NCBI GenBank assembly: GCA_020351745.1
Contig: CP070665.1
Coordinates: forward strand, 1,180,129 to 1,207,809
DNA from: Candidatus Heimdallarchaeota archaeon
GTDB taxonomy: Archaea > Asgardarchaeota > Heimdallarchaeia > Hodarchaeales > Hodarchaeaceae
DNA length: 27,681 bases
Direction: 5' to 3'
In this document: positions 17,668 through 26,337 of the stretch, piece by piece
Numbering within the stretch: the first letter of the stretch is position 1
How the letters are laid out: the number at the start of each line of letters is the position of its first letter
The notes under the pieces: model-generated
What the model saw: the letters and a program-made list of their open reading frames with translations, nothing else
Told to the model about the DNA's origin: nothing
Databases searched by the model: none
Program-made: the position numbers and the translations under genes

Positions 17668-19491
17668 TTAGTGGCGTCGTTTGCGGGTTAATGCATACAA
17701 TGGAGGAAGTATTATTAAAACAGAGAGAATCTCGAATCCTGGGACACCATCTTCGCTACTACTTGGGGGAGGGCCTTCAGTCTCTTCTGTTGTTGTCGTC
17801 GTCTCGGGAGGTTGGGCAGCCAATGCTGCTATAGCTGAATATGTAGGATCGTGAATGATTTCTCCACCATGCCACTCTGGAAATTCAGTCCCTATAAAGT
17901 AAAGCGTATCACTAAGTAAATCTTCGACACTGGTTGCTATATCTGTTAGTTGTAGCGATAATTGTGTTGCCATCCACTCTGTGAATAGATACGACATACC
18001 AAGTTCAACTATAAAGTATTCTTCAGCAACACCTTCAGTATCCCAGTTAGACCAGTCATTATGATCTAAAACTCGTATTACAACATCACGATCAACATCT
18101 GGGTTGATGTCGGGCCAGATATCATCTAATCCTTGCAGCTTGTAGGTGTCTTTGTCAGTAAATGCAGTAAAGAAGTAAGTGTTACCACCTGTGTAGATCC
18201 CAACTTGATTGTCAGCTTCATCTGTAGTATCGTTGAATCCTGCATCTATCTCCTCTGCTCCAAAGGTGTTCGTTGCAGTCGCTACTGTTAAACCAAAGCC
18301 GTCTGCCTCTTTCATTCGTCTTTTTGCGTCATCACCCACATAACATGCTAGTTCAGGTAAAGTAATTGTGATTTCTGCCGATAATGTAATATCAATACCA
18401 TAAGCGGAGAGGTCTAATCCTTGTACTTCTAAAGGAACGTCGAAGGTATATGAAGGCTGGGCTAGGAAGCCGTTAATACCAGTAGGAATCGTAGTCTCAT
18501 TTACTATTAGAAAGTTAGTTTCTCCAATGTAGTAGTGAGATGTCACGGTTCCTTCAACGTATGTGTTGGCACCAGTAAATTCTTGTGTTTCGAACTCATA
18601 TACATATGCGAGATAATCTAGTACAGAGGCAGCAACAATATCCTGGCCAAAAATGATGCCTCCAGTATCAAGGTCTTCCATTCCAAGAATATCTATCCCG
18701 TTTGGCACTGCATCGATCTTTTGCCAGAGTACCAACATATTGGTGTAGTTCATACCAAACATAAACCCATCGTCTGTTTCATCGAAAATCGGTGAGTAGC
18801 CAAAGTTTCCGACCTCATATTCAGTTTTTCCATCTAAGGCATTATTTATGCCTTCAATTAATTCCTGTATACTGAATGTATAGCCTAAATAGAGATCATC
18901 CTCTGTATCCAGTTTGGCAGGATCTGATCCTGTACCCATCCTATAGGCTATCAGCGCCATAAAGTTGTTGGTAACAAAAGTATCTTGTGAACCCATGTAA
19001 GCAGGGGTTGTATAATGCTGTACTAGCTGTTGAAAGGGAGCAGTGGCATTTACGTGGAAAATAGTTTTATCTAACGCGGGCTTCAAATCGATAAGTGGCT
19101 GCAACAGATCATATGCCTCTAAATAGCCTTCTATGGTTGGATGTAACAGATCACGGAATGTGAGTTCATGTTCGAATTTTTCTAACGCAGAATACGCGGT
19201 TTCAATCCCTGTATCATTCATGTAAGCTAGATAAAACTGCAGATCTTCTAACTCATTTCTGTCACCAATATCAGCATCTGGATCTAATAGATCTCTAATT
19301 AAATCAGGATCATCTGGTTGTGGGTCATAGATATCTTTTCCATCACCAACAAGATCCAGTTCAATCGCAAAATGGTCTTCACTGAAGTCAGGTCCGGCCC
19401 ACTCTGTTGGTGAAGCCTGAGCTGGGACTGTGAAAATCAGAACCATTATCAGCATTATTCCTGAAATTCCTAAATAAATTTTCTTTTTCAT
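17668..19491 (-). CDS. secreted surface protein with PGF-CTERM archaeosortase-type sorting signal
   Basis: The N-terminal signal peptide is MKKKIYLGISGIMLIMVLIFTVPAQA. A Thr/Ser/Pro linker (PPETTTTTEETEGPPPSSSEDG) is followed by VPGFEILSVLIILPPLYALTRKRRH, i.e. PGF, a TM helix and a basic tail. AGGTGAT lies 8 nt upstream of the ATG. Confidence 0.8.
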   Translation of the reverse strand: MKKKIYLGISGIMLIMVLIFTVPAQASPTEWAGPDFSEDHFAIELDLVGDGKDIYDPQPDDPDLIRDLLDPDADIGDRNELEDLQFYLAYMNDTGIETAYSALEKFEHELTFRDLLHPTIEGYLEAYDLLQPLIDLKPALDKTIFHVNATAPFQQLVQHYTTPAYMGSQDTFVTNNFMALIAYRMGTGSDPAKLDTEDDLYLGYTFSIQELIEGINNALDGKTEYEVGNFGYSPIFDETDDGFMFGMNYTNMLVLWQKIDAVPNGIDILGMEDLDTGGIIFGQDIVAASVLDYLAYVYEFETQEFTGANTYVEGTVTSHYYIGETNFLIVNETTIPTGINGFLAQPSYTFDVPLEVQGLDLSAYGIDITLSAEITITLPELACYVGDDAKRRMKEADGFGLTVATATNTFGAEEIDAGFNDTTDEADNQVGIYTGGNTYFFTAFTDKDTYKLQGLDDIWPDINPDVDRDVVIRVLDHNDWSNWDTEGVAEEYFIVELGMSYLFTEWMATQLSLQLTDIATSVEDLLSDTLYFIGTEFPEWHGGEIIHDPTYSAIAALAAQPPETTTTTEETEGPPPSSSEDGVPGFEILSVLIILPPLYALTRKRRH

Positions 19492-19702
19492 TGCTTAAGA
19501 TCACCTTTAATTGGACACTCGTTGATGAAACTCGTCTCTGGGAAGTTCTGAGTTGCATCAAAAGTCGAGTACTTAGTCTAAGAGCTATGCATTATTCATC
19601 CTTTAAAAAAATGTGCGAAACAAAAATCCGCCAAAAAGAGTAAAAAATGTTTTTTAAATCTCTTAAAACCTTGTTTTTAAGGAAAATAAATGATATTCAA
19701 GT

Positions 19703-19729
19703 ATAAAAAATCGGTTCCAACCTTGTTGG
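19703..19729 (-). terminator. hairpin plus T-run terminator after the 544-aa surface-protein gene
   Basis: The minus strand reads CCAAC-AAG-GUUGG (19729-19717), followed after 6 nt by UUUUUU (19710-19705). It lies about 30 nt downstream of the stop at 19761. Confidence 0.5.
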
Positions 19730-19760
19730 ATTGTAATGACCTTCTTAACTTAATTTCTGA

Positions 19761-21395
19761 TTAGTGGATGAGGAATACTCCTTTTCTAGAGTTTTTTAGG
19801 AATTTTTTTCCCCTTCTTCCTCGTTTAACAGTGACTACCAGAATTAGAAGCCCTAATAGCACTGATACTGTTGGAGTGAGTGTGATTTGACTCATTTTCG
19901 ATTTGGCGGAAGAAACTGGAGAGATTTTGACTGCATACTGTATTGGATTAATTTTGAAACGTAACCCTGACCATTCTAGCAATTGAAAATCTTGTATATA
20001 TTGTGCTGAAGTCAGATCTAACCCTCCCTTATTTATAATTTCACTGGTTCCTAATGTAGATATCTCAGGATTTGCTACAAAACGTTTGACACATTCAGCA
20101 ATCAGCTCTTTTAGTAAGGATGTTTCTTGTTGGAATAAAAGATTGTCTGCAAATCCACTCTGTTGGTTCAATGCAATAACTCGCGTTTCCATTGGAACTA
20201 GGGAGATTTCATTTGTACTGTCTTCCTGAATTATAGCAAAATTCCGGCCCTTAACCTGGGTTGAGAATAATGTTCGTTCATCGTGAAATACTGAAATTTC
20301 ATCTTTCACAAGAAAATCCGACTTTGTAAGTTCTGCTGTTGTTCTATCCTGACCATCAATAACTACCTGAAGATCATCTATTGCTTGAGTTCCGTTCAAT
20401 ACACCAATGTTTTGTGCTGTGATAAGGGAGAATGAAATATCAGAAAAGCGTTGTAAACGTTGTGATATATCTAAACCTTGATACCACGAGAATGTCTCGT
20501 TTATTGGAATTAAATCCTTGAAATTCTCGTGTATCTCGTAATAAAAAGCATTTACCCAGCTATAGTCTTGTGGTAACTCCTCATTAATGATCAAATTCAT
20601 TACATTTCCTATTGAAATCTCTGACAGAGTCTCCACTCCAGAAGTTCCATAATGTGAGTATTTTCTTATATTAAGAGAGAAAGATATGTTATCAAACTGG
20701 ACAATCATGAAATGTTCAGCAATCTCCAATCCAAAATAATCTAAAGCGACACCACTAGTTTGGAATAGAAAGGTCAGATTGGAATATGTCAGATCGATTT
20801 GTAGCTCGTTCACAGATTCTTGGATCATTATGGAAGTTTCTACTGTCAAATTAAATGAGTATTCTTCGCTATTAGGTATTAAAAACTCTAAAAATTCTAA
20901 TGGTACATTAGCATATCCAAGCTGATAATCTTTAGGATTAAATCCGCTTCCATTTACCTTTAGTGCCATCCCAAGAAAGTCTTGTCCTAAAATGACATCC
21001 TCTCCTGTAGGAAGAGAGAACTGATGTAAATATTTCACGAAGGGAGCTGTAGATTGCCATTCTATTGAATCAATTAAGATGTCTTGTGTCCGCTTCACCT
21101 GTTCTAAAGCCAGAAATGCTGATTTGATATCTTGCGCTTCGTATCCTATTAAAGACATGATATTATCTTCTTCGAAGTCTGGGTCATTCTCATTTGTAAC
21201 ACTTGATTGATTTAGTAAATCATTGATTATTCGTAATGCTTGATCTTTAGAAACGCTAGGATTATAATCAAACTTCACACCAAACAAGTTTTTGTCAAAA
21301 AATGAGTCTAGCTGAATAAATTGATAAGTGGTTACCCTCACACCTGATACAGTACTTCCTATTATAATTAGTACTAAAAAAGCACCTAATAACAA
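19761..21395 (-). CDS. membrane-anchored extracellular protein, distant paralog of the PGF-CTERM protein
   Basis: It has an N-terminal hydrophobic segment and a C-terminal TM plus basic tail (VSVLLGLLILVVTVKRGRRGKK). Blocks alignable with the 607-aa protein include FLALEQVKRTQ vs YSALEKFEHEL, STAPFVKYLHQFSLP vs ATAPFQQLVQHYTTP, and DYQLGY vs DLYLGY. The only available start is TTG at 21395, so the start is uncertain. Confidence 0.65.
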   Translation of the reverse strand: MLLGAFLVLIIIGSTVSGVRVTTYQFIQLDSFFDKNLFGVKFDYNPSVSKDQALRIINDLLNQSSVTNENDPDFEEDNIMSLIGYEAQDIKSAFLALEQVKRTQDILIDSIEWQSTAPFVKYLHQFSLPTGEDVILGQDFLGMALKVNGSGFNPKDYQLGYANVPLEFLEFLIPNSEEYSFNLTVETSIMIQESVNELQIDLTYSNLTFLFQTSGVALDYFGLEIAEHFMIVQFDNISFSLNIRKYSHYGTSGVETLSEISIGNVMNLIINEELPQDYSWVNAFYYEIHENFKDLIPINETFSWYQGLDISQRLQRFSDISFSLITAQNIGVLNGTQAIDDLQVVIDGQDRTTAELTKSDFLVKDEISVFHDERTLFSTQVKGRNFAIIQEDSTNEISLVPMETRVIALNQQSGFADNLLFQQETSLLKELIAECVKRFVANPEISTLGTSEIINKGGLDLTSAQYIQDFQLLEWSGLRFKINPIQYAVKISPVSSAKSKMSQITLTPTVSVLLGLLILVVTVKRGRRGKKFLKNSRKGVFLIH

Positions 21396-21428
21396 TGTTT
21401 TCCATGTAGTTAAGTGGTGTTCCCTCGT

Positions 21429-22919
21429 TTAAGCTACCTCCAAATGGCTTTTTAACCATGTCAATCGCTTTGGGCCGATAATATACTTGGATCGTTTTTT
21501 CTCTTTTAGTGTAATTATAATTCCTAACTCAACTAATCTCTTTATGTGGTGTTGTACGCTGGAGTGGTGAACATCGATTTCTTGTGAAATTTTTGATAAT
21601 GGTAACGGTTTTCCTTTCCTTATCAACACTCGACAGAGTTCTTTAGCTACATCACTTTTTAGCGCCAAAGCAATTTCCGATATTTGCACAGATTTCGCAC
21701 CAATTAAATAGAAAATATGATATTTCCCAATTTTCTCGTGTGTTATCAAATTAAAGTCGTCTAATGCTTGTAAGTGCCATAACAAGGAAGAAATTCCACA
21801 CCTCACTTCACGTTGTATCTCACGTAAATGAGCACCCTGCTCCCCTTTCAGCTCCAGATAATCTACAATTTGACCTCTCAATTCATTTTCCAGTAGTTCG
21901 GCTTCATTGATTCGTCGTCTTTGTGGTGAGTAAGTAATATGAGCAATGAATAAAAATAAGCTCATAAAAGCTCCGACTACGATTTCACGGATTTTAGAAA
22001 CAACTCCTACTTTTATCAAGACGATAACAGATAAAACGGCTGCAATCACTACAAGGCCAATTGCTGCTATCTGATCTACTCCTCCTAGTTGAGGATAAAT
22101 GTTATTATTGTCTGAAGGTAAGTTTCCTATTGTCAATTGTGCAAGTTGCCCTAACAGGTCAACCACATTTTTTGGAGACTCTATTCCTACTCCAAGTAAC
22201 CTAAACTCGGATCTTTTCTCTTCTGAATTCATTTCAATCGCAAAACTAACCACAATTACCCGATTGTCTACCCTCCAAATTCCTGACTTCAAGTCTCCCA
22301 AGATAGGTTCTACTTCGGGCGCTGTAATCTCCGCTAGCATCTGTGATTGGTTGTCTACCTCCACCCATGCAGTACTACCATTAAAATCAAAGGTTGTTTT
22401 ACTCACATTTATAATGGATAATTGATCCTCTACTAAGATCAATTCCTGTTCTACTAATGATCCATTAACTGGATATACAATTGGGGCATAAGCGGCGATA
22501 CCCAAATGTGTTAAATCCTGTAATGGGGTCTCATTAAAATAACGATTCATTACAAAGATTCCCCTCTCTATATGCTTCCATTCATTGATATCACCCATAA
22601 ATGTCAAATCTAGAGGTAATGGCAATTCGTTGACCCACCAAATCGCTGTAACACTTTTATTGTCAAACAGAAATGTTGAATTAGTTTGGACTTCAGAAAT
22701 GTTGTAATAATTTGCTACTCTCCCTGATACCCCCACCATCTCTTGGCTTAACTTTTTATCCATAGCAGAACCATAAAATACAGCTATTGTGCCTTCTTCT
22801 GACTCTCCATTACCTATTACTCCCATCATTGATAATGTACCACTTATTAATAGTAATCCCCCTATTAAAAATATTCTTAAAACTGTTGGCCGGTAAAGGT
22901 TTCGTTTTTGCCTATCCAT
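21429..22919 (-). CDS. membrane-anchored protein with an extracellular domain and two C-terminal cytoplasmic winged-helix DNA-binding domains
   Basis: The N-terminus has a basic anchor (MDRQKRNLYRPTVLRIFLIGGLLLISG). About 250 aa follow with many N-x-S/T sequons, then TM segments (IAAIGLVVIAAVLSVIVLI, VVGAFMSLFLFIA). Two ArsR/TrmB-like wHTH units follow: IVDYLELKGEQGAHLREIQREVRCGISSLLWHLQALDDFNLI and LCRVLIRKGKPLPLSKISQEIDVHHSSVQHHIKRLVELGII. Confidence 0.7.
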   Translation of the reverse strand: MDRQKRNLYRPTVLRIFLIGGLLLISGTLSMMGVIGNGESEEGTIAVFYGSAMDKKLSQEMVGVSGRVANYYNISEVQTNSTFLFDNKSVTAIWWVNELPLPLDLTFMGDINEWKHIERGIFVMNRYFNETPLQDLTHLGIAAYAPIVYPVNGSLVEQELILVEDQLSIINVSKTTFDFNGSTAWVEVDNQSQMLAEITAPEVEPILGDLKSGIWRVDNRVIVVSFAIEMNSEEKRSEFRLLGVGIESPKNVVDLLGQLAQLTIGNLPSDNNNIYPQLGGVDQIAAIGLVVIAAVLSVIVLIKVGVVSKIREIVVGAFMSLFLFIAHITYSPQRRRINEAELLENELRGQIVDYLELKGEQGAHLREIQREVRCGISSLLWHLQALDDFNLITHEKIGKYHIFYLIGAKSVQISEIALALKSDVAKELCRVLIRKGKPLPLSKISQEIDVHHSSVQHHIKRLVELGIIITLKEKKRSKYIIGPKRLTWLKSHLEVA

Positions 22920-23065
22920 GCTCTACTTGCACCATCATTTTATCATTCCCATTTAGATAAAAAAAATCTTTCCGAACCAATTTTCCGCAATCTGAATACA
23001 AAGAAATTCAGAGAAGACAGACTTTATACTTTGATATCAAAAGCTCTCTCAAGAGGAGATATACC

Positions 23066-23572
23066 ATGTCAAAACAATTATTTCGCACTTATCTGACAGC
23101 CCCATGGAAGACAGAATATGTTAAACGTAAGAAAGATCCCCATAAGTGTATTCTTTGTGCTATTGCCCAAAAAACAGCAGGAGTAGAAGCGTGGGAAGTG
23201 TATCGTGATGATCAAATCATGGTTTTGCTCAATTGTTTTCCTTATAATCCTGGACATCTCTTGGTTTCACCTTTAGAGCATTATGAGGATTATGAGGCGG
23301 TACCAATAGAATTAGTTACTCATCTTGCTATTTTACTACAACGAGGAATTAAATTGTTAAAAATCACTCATCAACCAAGAGCATTTAATATTGGATTAAA
23401 TCTTGGAAATGCGGCGGGAGGAAGCGTAAAACATTTACATTGGCACATTGTCCCTCGCTACTTTGGAGATTTAAATTTTATGGAGATATTAGAATCAAGA
23501 GTATTGGTTGAAACCCTCGAACAAACAATAACCAAATTAAGACAACATGCTAGTATTTTACTCTCAAAATAG
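23066..23572 (+). CDS. HIT-family nucleotide hydrolase/transferase (Ap4A phosphorylase-like branch)
   Basis: The histidine triad VKHLHWHIVPRYFGDLNFMEIL is present. Upstream motifs are HKCILCAI and LNCFPYNPGHLLVSPLEH. GAGGAG lies upstream of the ATG. Confidence 0.8.
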   Translation: MSKQLFRTYLTAPWKTEYVKRKKDPHKCILCAIAQKTAGVEAWEVYRDDQIMVLLNCFPYNPGHLLVSPLEHYEDYEAVPIELVTHLAILLQRGIKLLKITHQPRAFNIGLNLGNAAGGSVKHLHWHIVPRYFGDLNFMEILESRVLVETLEQTITKLRQHASILLSK

Positions 23573-23788
23573 AAGATAGGCTGTTTTTCTTGTTCTAATA
23601 AAATGCTAGATGACTATTAATAGGTGCTAGTTTACATAGAAAATCATTATTTGAAATTTCAAAGCAATTTATTTTTGTATTGAGAAACTATTATAATGAA
23701 AAGTTTAAGTAATATGTAATTCATTTTTCAACAAGTCAATTTCTGACATATTGAATATATAAAAAAACTTAATGGAGAAAGAAGAATC

Positions 23789-24235
23789 ATGAAAATCCTC
23801 AAATTATATCACAAAAAACGTGCGGTCAGTCCTATTTTGGCTGCAATTCTATTGATTGGACTTGCAATAGTTGCAGGCGCAGCTTTATTTTTTGTTATAA
23901 TACCAATGATCACTACCAGTACGAAGGTAGAATTTCAAGGAATTCCTATTTTTACCAATGGTACAGCAAAAATTGAACTCAAGAGTACAGGTACTAAAAG
24001 CGTAACAATAACAGACATAAAAATTGAGGCAAATAATGGTTCCACAACATGGCCAGAAGCCCAATTTGATTTTACTGAATTTTCGATGGATACTGGACAA
24101 GGAGATATACTAACATATACTTTTGATGAAGAAATCGCTGGTACAATAACTAAGTGGAGAGTCACAGTCTTATTTAGACCCTCTGATGATGCTGAAGCAA
24201 CTCCTTCGACTTTATCCAGAGAGTTTAACCCTTAA
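23789..24235 (+). CDS. archaeal type IV pilin-like protein (class III signal peptide, DUF1628-like N-terminus)
   Basis: The N-terminus YHKKRAVSPILAAILLIGLAIVAGAALFFVI matches the K/R-[AG]-[VI]-SP-[VI] prepilin-peptidase context followed by a hydrophobic helix. A small beta-rich C-terminal domain follows. GGAG lies upstream of the ATG, and a T-rich tract follows the stop. Confidence 0.75.
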   Translation: MKILKLYHKKRAVSPILAAILLIGLAIVAGAALFFVIIPMITTSTKVEFQGIPIFTNGTAKIELKSTGTKSVTITDIKIEANNGSTTWPEAQFDFTEFSMDTGQGDILTYTFDEEIAGTITKWRVTVLFRPSDDAEATPSTLSREFNP

Positions 24236-24422
24236 AATAATCTACCTTTTTCTTTTCATTTTTCTGATTCAGATCATCTGTTCTGATGAGGCATTACTAA
24301 AAGAATAAGGCATTTATTCAACTGATCCCCTTCTCTCTTTTTATTTTTTGAGATTTCTTTCCCTTGTTCTATTATATATCTGATTCTTGAAAAAAAATAA
24401 TACTGAAATTATATTGGTCTGA

Positions 24423-24899
24423 TCATTTAAGACGAGATGCCTCGGCTCGACTTCGGACATATTTATTTATGACCATCTTTCCATCTGTCAAAATTCGTCT
24501 CATATTTTCTTCAAAACTCTCCCAATACTTAATTAATGTCTCTCGTTGGTCTATCATTTCCACCATTTCGGTATTAAGGAAAAATGAGATTTCATATCCT
24601 TCCTCTGGTTCTCGAATAACCTTGACTCGAGGCCCAGGATTTCGCCATAACTCATTTCGAATTCTATCGAAAATAAATTGTTCAACAGGATCATTAAAGT
24701 GAAGTTTGAGAGAAACAATAGCTGAATTGCCTTGTTTTATTAATTGACCGTTTTCAAATGACGTAATTTCGCGGGGAACCGTTTCACAGACTTCACATTC
24801 AGAACAAAGAACACATATAGGTTCGACTCCAGTTCTATCGCAATTGACGGATTGTAATGCTAAATTAGATTCTAACAATGGCAAATAAGATTCATCCAA
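24423..24899 (-). CDS. hypothetical protein with N-terminal CX8CX2CX2CX2C cysteine cluster
   Basis: The ORF is clean with no competing frame. The cluster CDRTGVEPICVLCSECEVC suggests Fe-S or Zn binding. The start is TTG at 24899, and there is no in-frame ATG until far downstream. No family was recognised. Confidence 0.5.
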   Translation of the reverse strand: MDESYLPLLESNLALQSVNCDRTGVEPICVLCSECEVCETVPREITSFENGQLIKQGNSAIVSLKLHFNDPVEQFIFDRIRNELWRNPGPRVKVIREPEEGYEISFFLNTEMVEMIDQRETLIKYWESFEENMRRILTDGKMVINKYVRSRAEASRLK

Positions 24900-24941
24900 A
24901 TTAGAGTTTTTTCAATTGATTGAATTTGCTCTCCCCTTTAT

Positions 24942-24990
24942 AATCAATGGCATTTATTGATCAATCAATTAAAATTGGCACCTAATCAAT
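24942..24990. repeat. three direct AATCAAT boxes phased at exactly 21 bp in the promoter region of the Cys-rich gene
   Basis: AATCAAT occurs at 24942-24948, 24963-24969 and 24984-24990. Inverted copies are ATTGATT at 24915-24921 and ATTGAT at 24956-24961. Confidence 0.5.
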
Positions 24991-25028
24991 TGAATGCAAG
25001 TATAAGAGAAATTTTTGCTTACATTAAA

Positions 25029-25448
25029 TTAAAATTCTCTCACTTTTAACATTTTGGTCTTAGTTGAGGTAATAAGATAATGCATTAATCCAAGTTTGAC
25101 TTTAGGTTTTGTGATCAGTACAAGAATTGTACTTCCCACACTAGAAATCAAGCCTAAACCAAGGGGGGTCTGAACATGAATAAAATTTATTTCATTTCCT
25201 AAATTAAGCTGAACACAAGCTCCAGCAAAAGTACTGACGATTCCAGCGACCATGGCCGACACCAATGTTTCAACTTCCTCGGATATAGGGGTAGTTCGGG
25301 CACACAAGATAGGAAAACCTTCTTCGCTGACTAAAAGTGCCTGCTCCACCCCTTGAACAGCACCAAGACCATCTAAAATCTTTTGAATCTTTTCTGTGGA
25401 AGAAGATTCATCGTCTCTATCAATAGTGACATGATCATACGTTGCCAT
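25029..25448 (-). CDS. Roadblock/LC7 (MglB-like) domain protein
   Basis: GVEQALLVSEEGFPILCA...EEVETLVSAMVAGIVSTFAGACVQLNLGNEINFIHVQTPLGLGLISSVGSTILVLITKPKVKLGLMHY follows the Roadblock/LC7 alpha-beta-alpha pattern. The start is taken at ATG 25448; a GTG at 25457 is also in frame. Confidence 0.8.
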   Translation of the reverse strand: MATYDHVTIDRDDESSSTEKIQKILDGLGAVQGVEQALLVSEEGFPILCARTTPISEEVETLVSAMVAGIVSTFAGACVQLNLGNEINFIHVQTPLGLGLISSVGSTILVLITKPKVKLGLMHYLITSTKTKMLKVREF

Positions 25449-25623
25449 ATCAATCACTTGAACTATAGTTCTACACTTTCACAAAATTTAACGCTCTCTA
25501 TCATTTTTAAGCTCCTGAATTTCTTGACAACTCGTTTTGTAAAAACTTGGGGAGACATTAAAACAAAGAGAAGAATTTATTATGCTTTATTTGACGAGGC
25601 AATTAGACACTGAGGTTCTCGTA

Positions 25624-25806
25624 ATGAGTGAAATCATCCGAATGCAAAGATGTAATCCTTGTCAAGTTGCTGTCATGCCTAGTCAACATGGAACGACACG
25701 ATTTCCTTGTCCTTCTTGTGGAATGATCCCCATAATTCGTTGTGAGCGGTGTCGAAAATTGGGGAACCGATATACTTGTCCTAATTGTGGATTCACAGGG
25801 CCTTAA
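25624..25806 (+). CDS. small Zn-ribbon protein (COG2888-type, the usual aEF-1beta neighbour)
   Basis: Four CxxC pairs are present: CNPC, CPSC, CERC and CPNC. It is about 60 aa from the internal ATG at 25624 (the listed ORF begins at 25582). It lies directly upstream of aEF-1beta, as in many archaea. Confidence 0.75.
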   Translation: MSEIIRMQRCNPCQVAVMPSQHGTTRFPCPSCGMIPIIRCERCRKLGNRYTCPNCGFTGP

Positions 25807-25876
25807 TGTCATTTTGTTTAATATTATCAAGGCTATTCGATAATTCACTGTGTACATAGCTAATTGAGGTACAATC

Positions 25877-26164
25877 ATGTCTAATGTTCTATCGATATTG
25901 AAAATAATTCCTACTTCTCCAGAAGTAAATCGTGATGAGGTTGTTTCTCACGCGCAAACGGATTTAATAAAAGATTTGGATTTAGAAATACTGAAGAAGG
26001 AAGAGGAACCACTTTTCTTTGGTTTATATGCTATAAAACTCTTTGTAAAGACAGCTGACTCTGATGAAGGAACCGAGGCCCTTCAAAAATTTGAGGATCG
26101 TCTCATAACCATGGAAGAAGTGGACAATTGCGAAATTGAACTTCAAACAATAATTGATTATTAG
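25877..26164 (+). CDS. translation elongation factor aEF-1beta
   Basis: At 95 aa it has ILKIIPTSPEVNRDEV..., EEEPLFFGLYAIKLFVKTADSDEGTEALQKFEDRLITMEEVDNCEIE. This matches the archaeal EF-1beta pattern (V.P.spevdl..l....i......e.iaFGl.al.l.v...d.eg.td.le..l..iegV.s.ev). Confidence 0.85.
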   Translation: MSNVLSILKIIPTSPEVNRDEVVSHAQTDLIKDLDLEILKKEEEPLFFGLYAIKLFVKTADSDEGTEALQKFEDRLITMEEVDNCEIELQTIIDY

Positions 26165-26191
26165 ATTCACAATGGAATTTAGAATTACTCC

Positions 26192-26198
26192 TTTTTTT
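26192..26198 (+). terminator. T7 run after the aEF-1beta gene
   Basis: CUCC-UUUUUUU-GGGG lies 28 nt downstream of the stop codon. Confidence 0.45.
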
Positions 26199-26337
26199 GG
26201 GGTGATGAAGCATAAGAATTATCTCATCATCTAGAGATAATATTAATAGGATTAAATAGAAACTAATTTTAAACAGGGATTTGGATAACTAGACTAGATT
26301 TCAGTACTTTGTTGAACGATTTAAAAAGTTGAGAAAT

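Noticed and set aside
19391-19403. A 13-nt exact direct repeat of the tRNA-Val 3' end (GGTCCGGCCCACT, also at 5488-5500), which could mark attL/attR of a 13.9-kb integrated element.
   Set aside because: The second copy lies inside the coding sequence of the PGF-CTERM protein (codons for EWAGPD). The enclosed segment holds housekeeping genes (5S rRNA, trxB, mptE) and no integrase. Thirteen nt is short for an archaeal att site. It is probably chance, and could be rechecked by synteny comparison with relatives.
24284-24325. Possible C/D box sRNA downstream of the pilin gene (CUGAUGA at 24283-24289, CUGA at 24322-24325).
   Set aside because: Only about 42 nt separate the boxes. There are no internal C'/D' boxes and no terminal complementary stem, and the first base of the C box is not a purine. 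The GUGAUGA at about 26201 likewise has no downstream CUGA partner.
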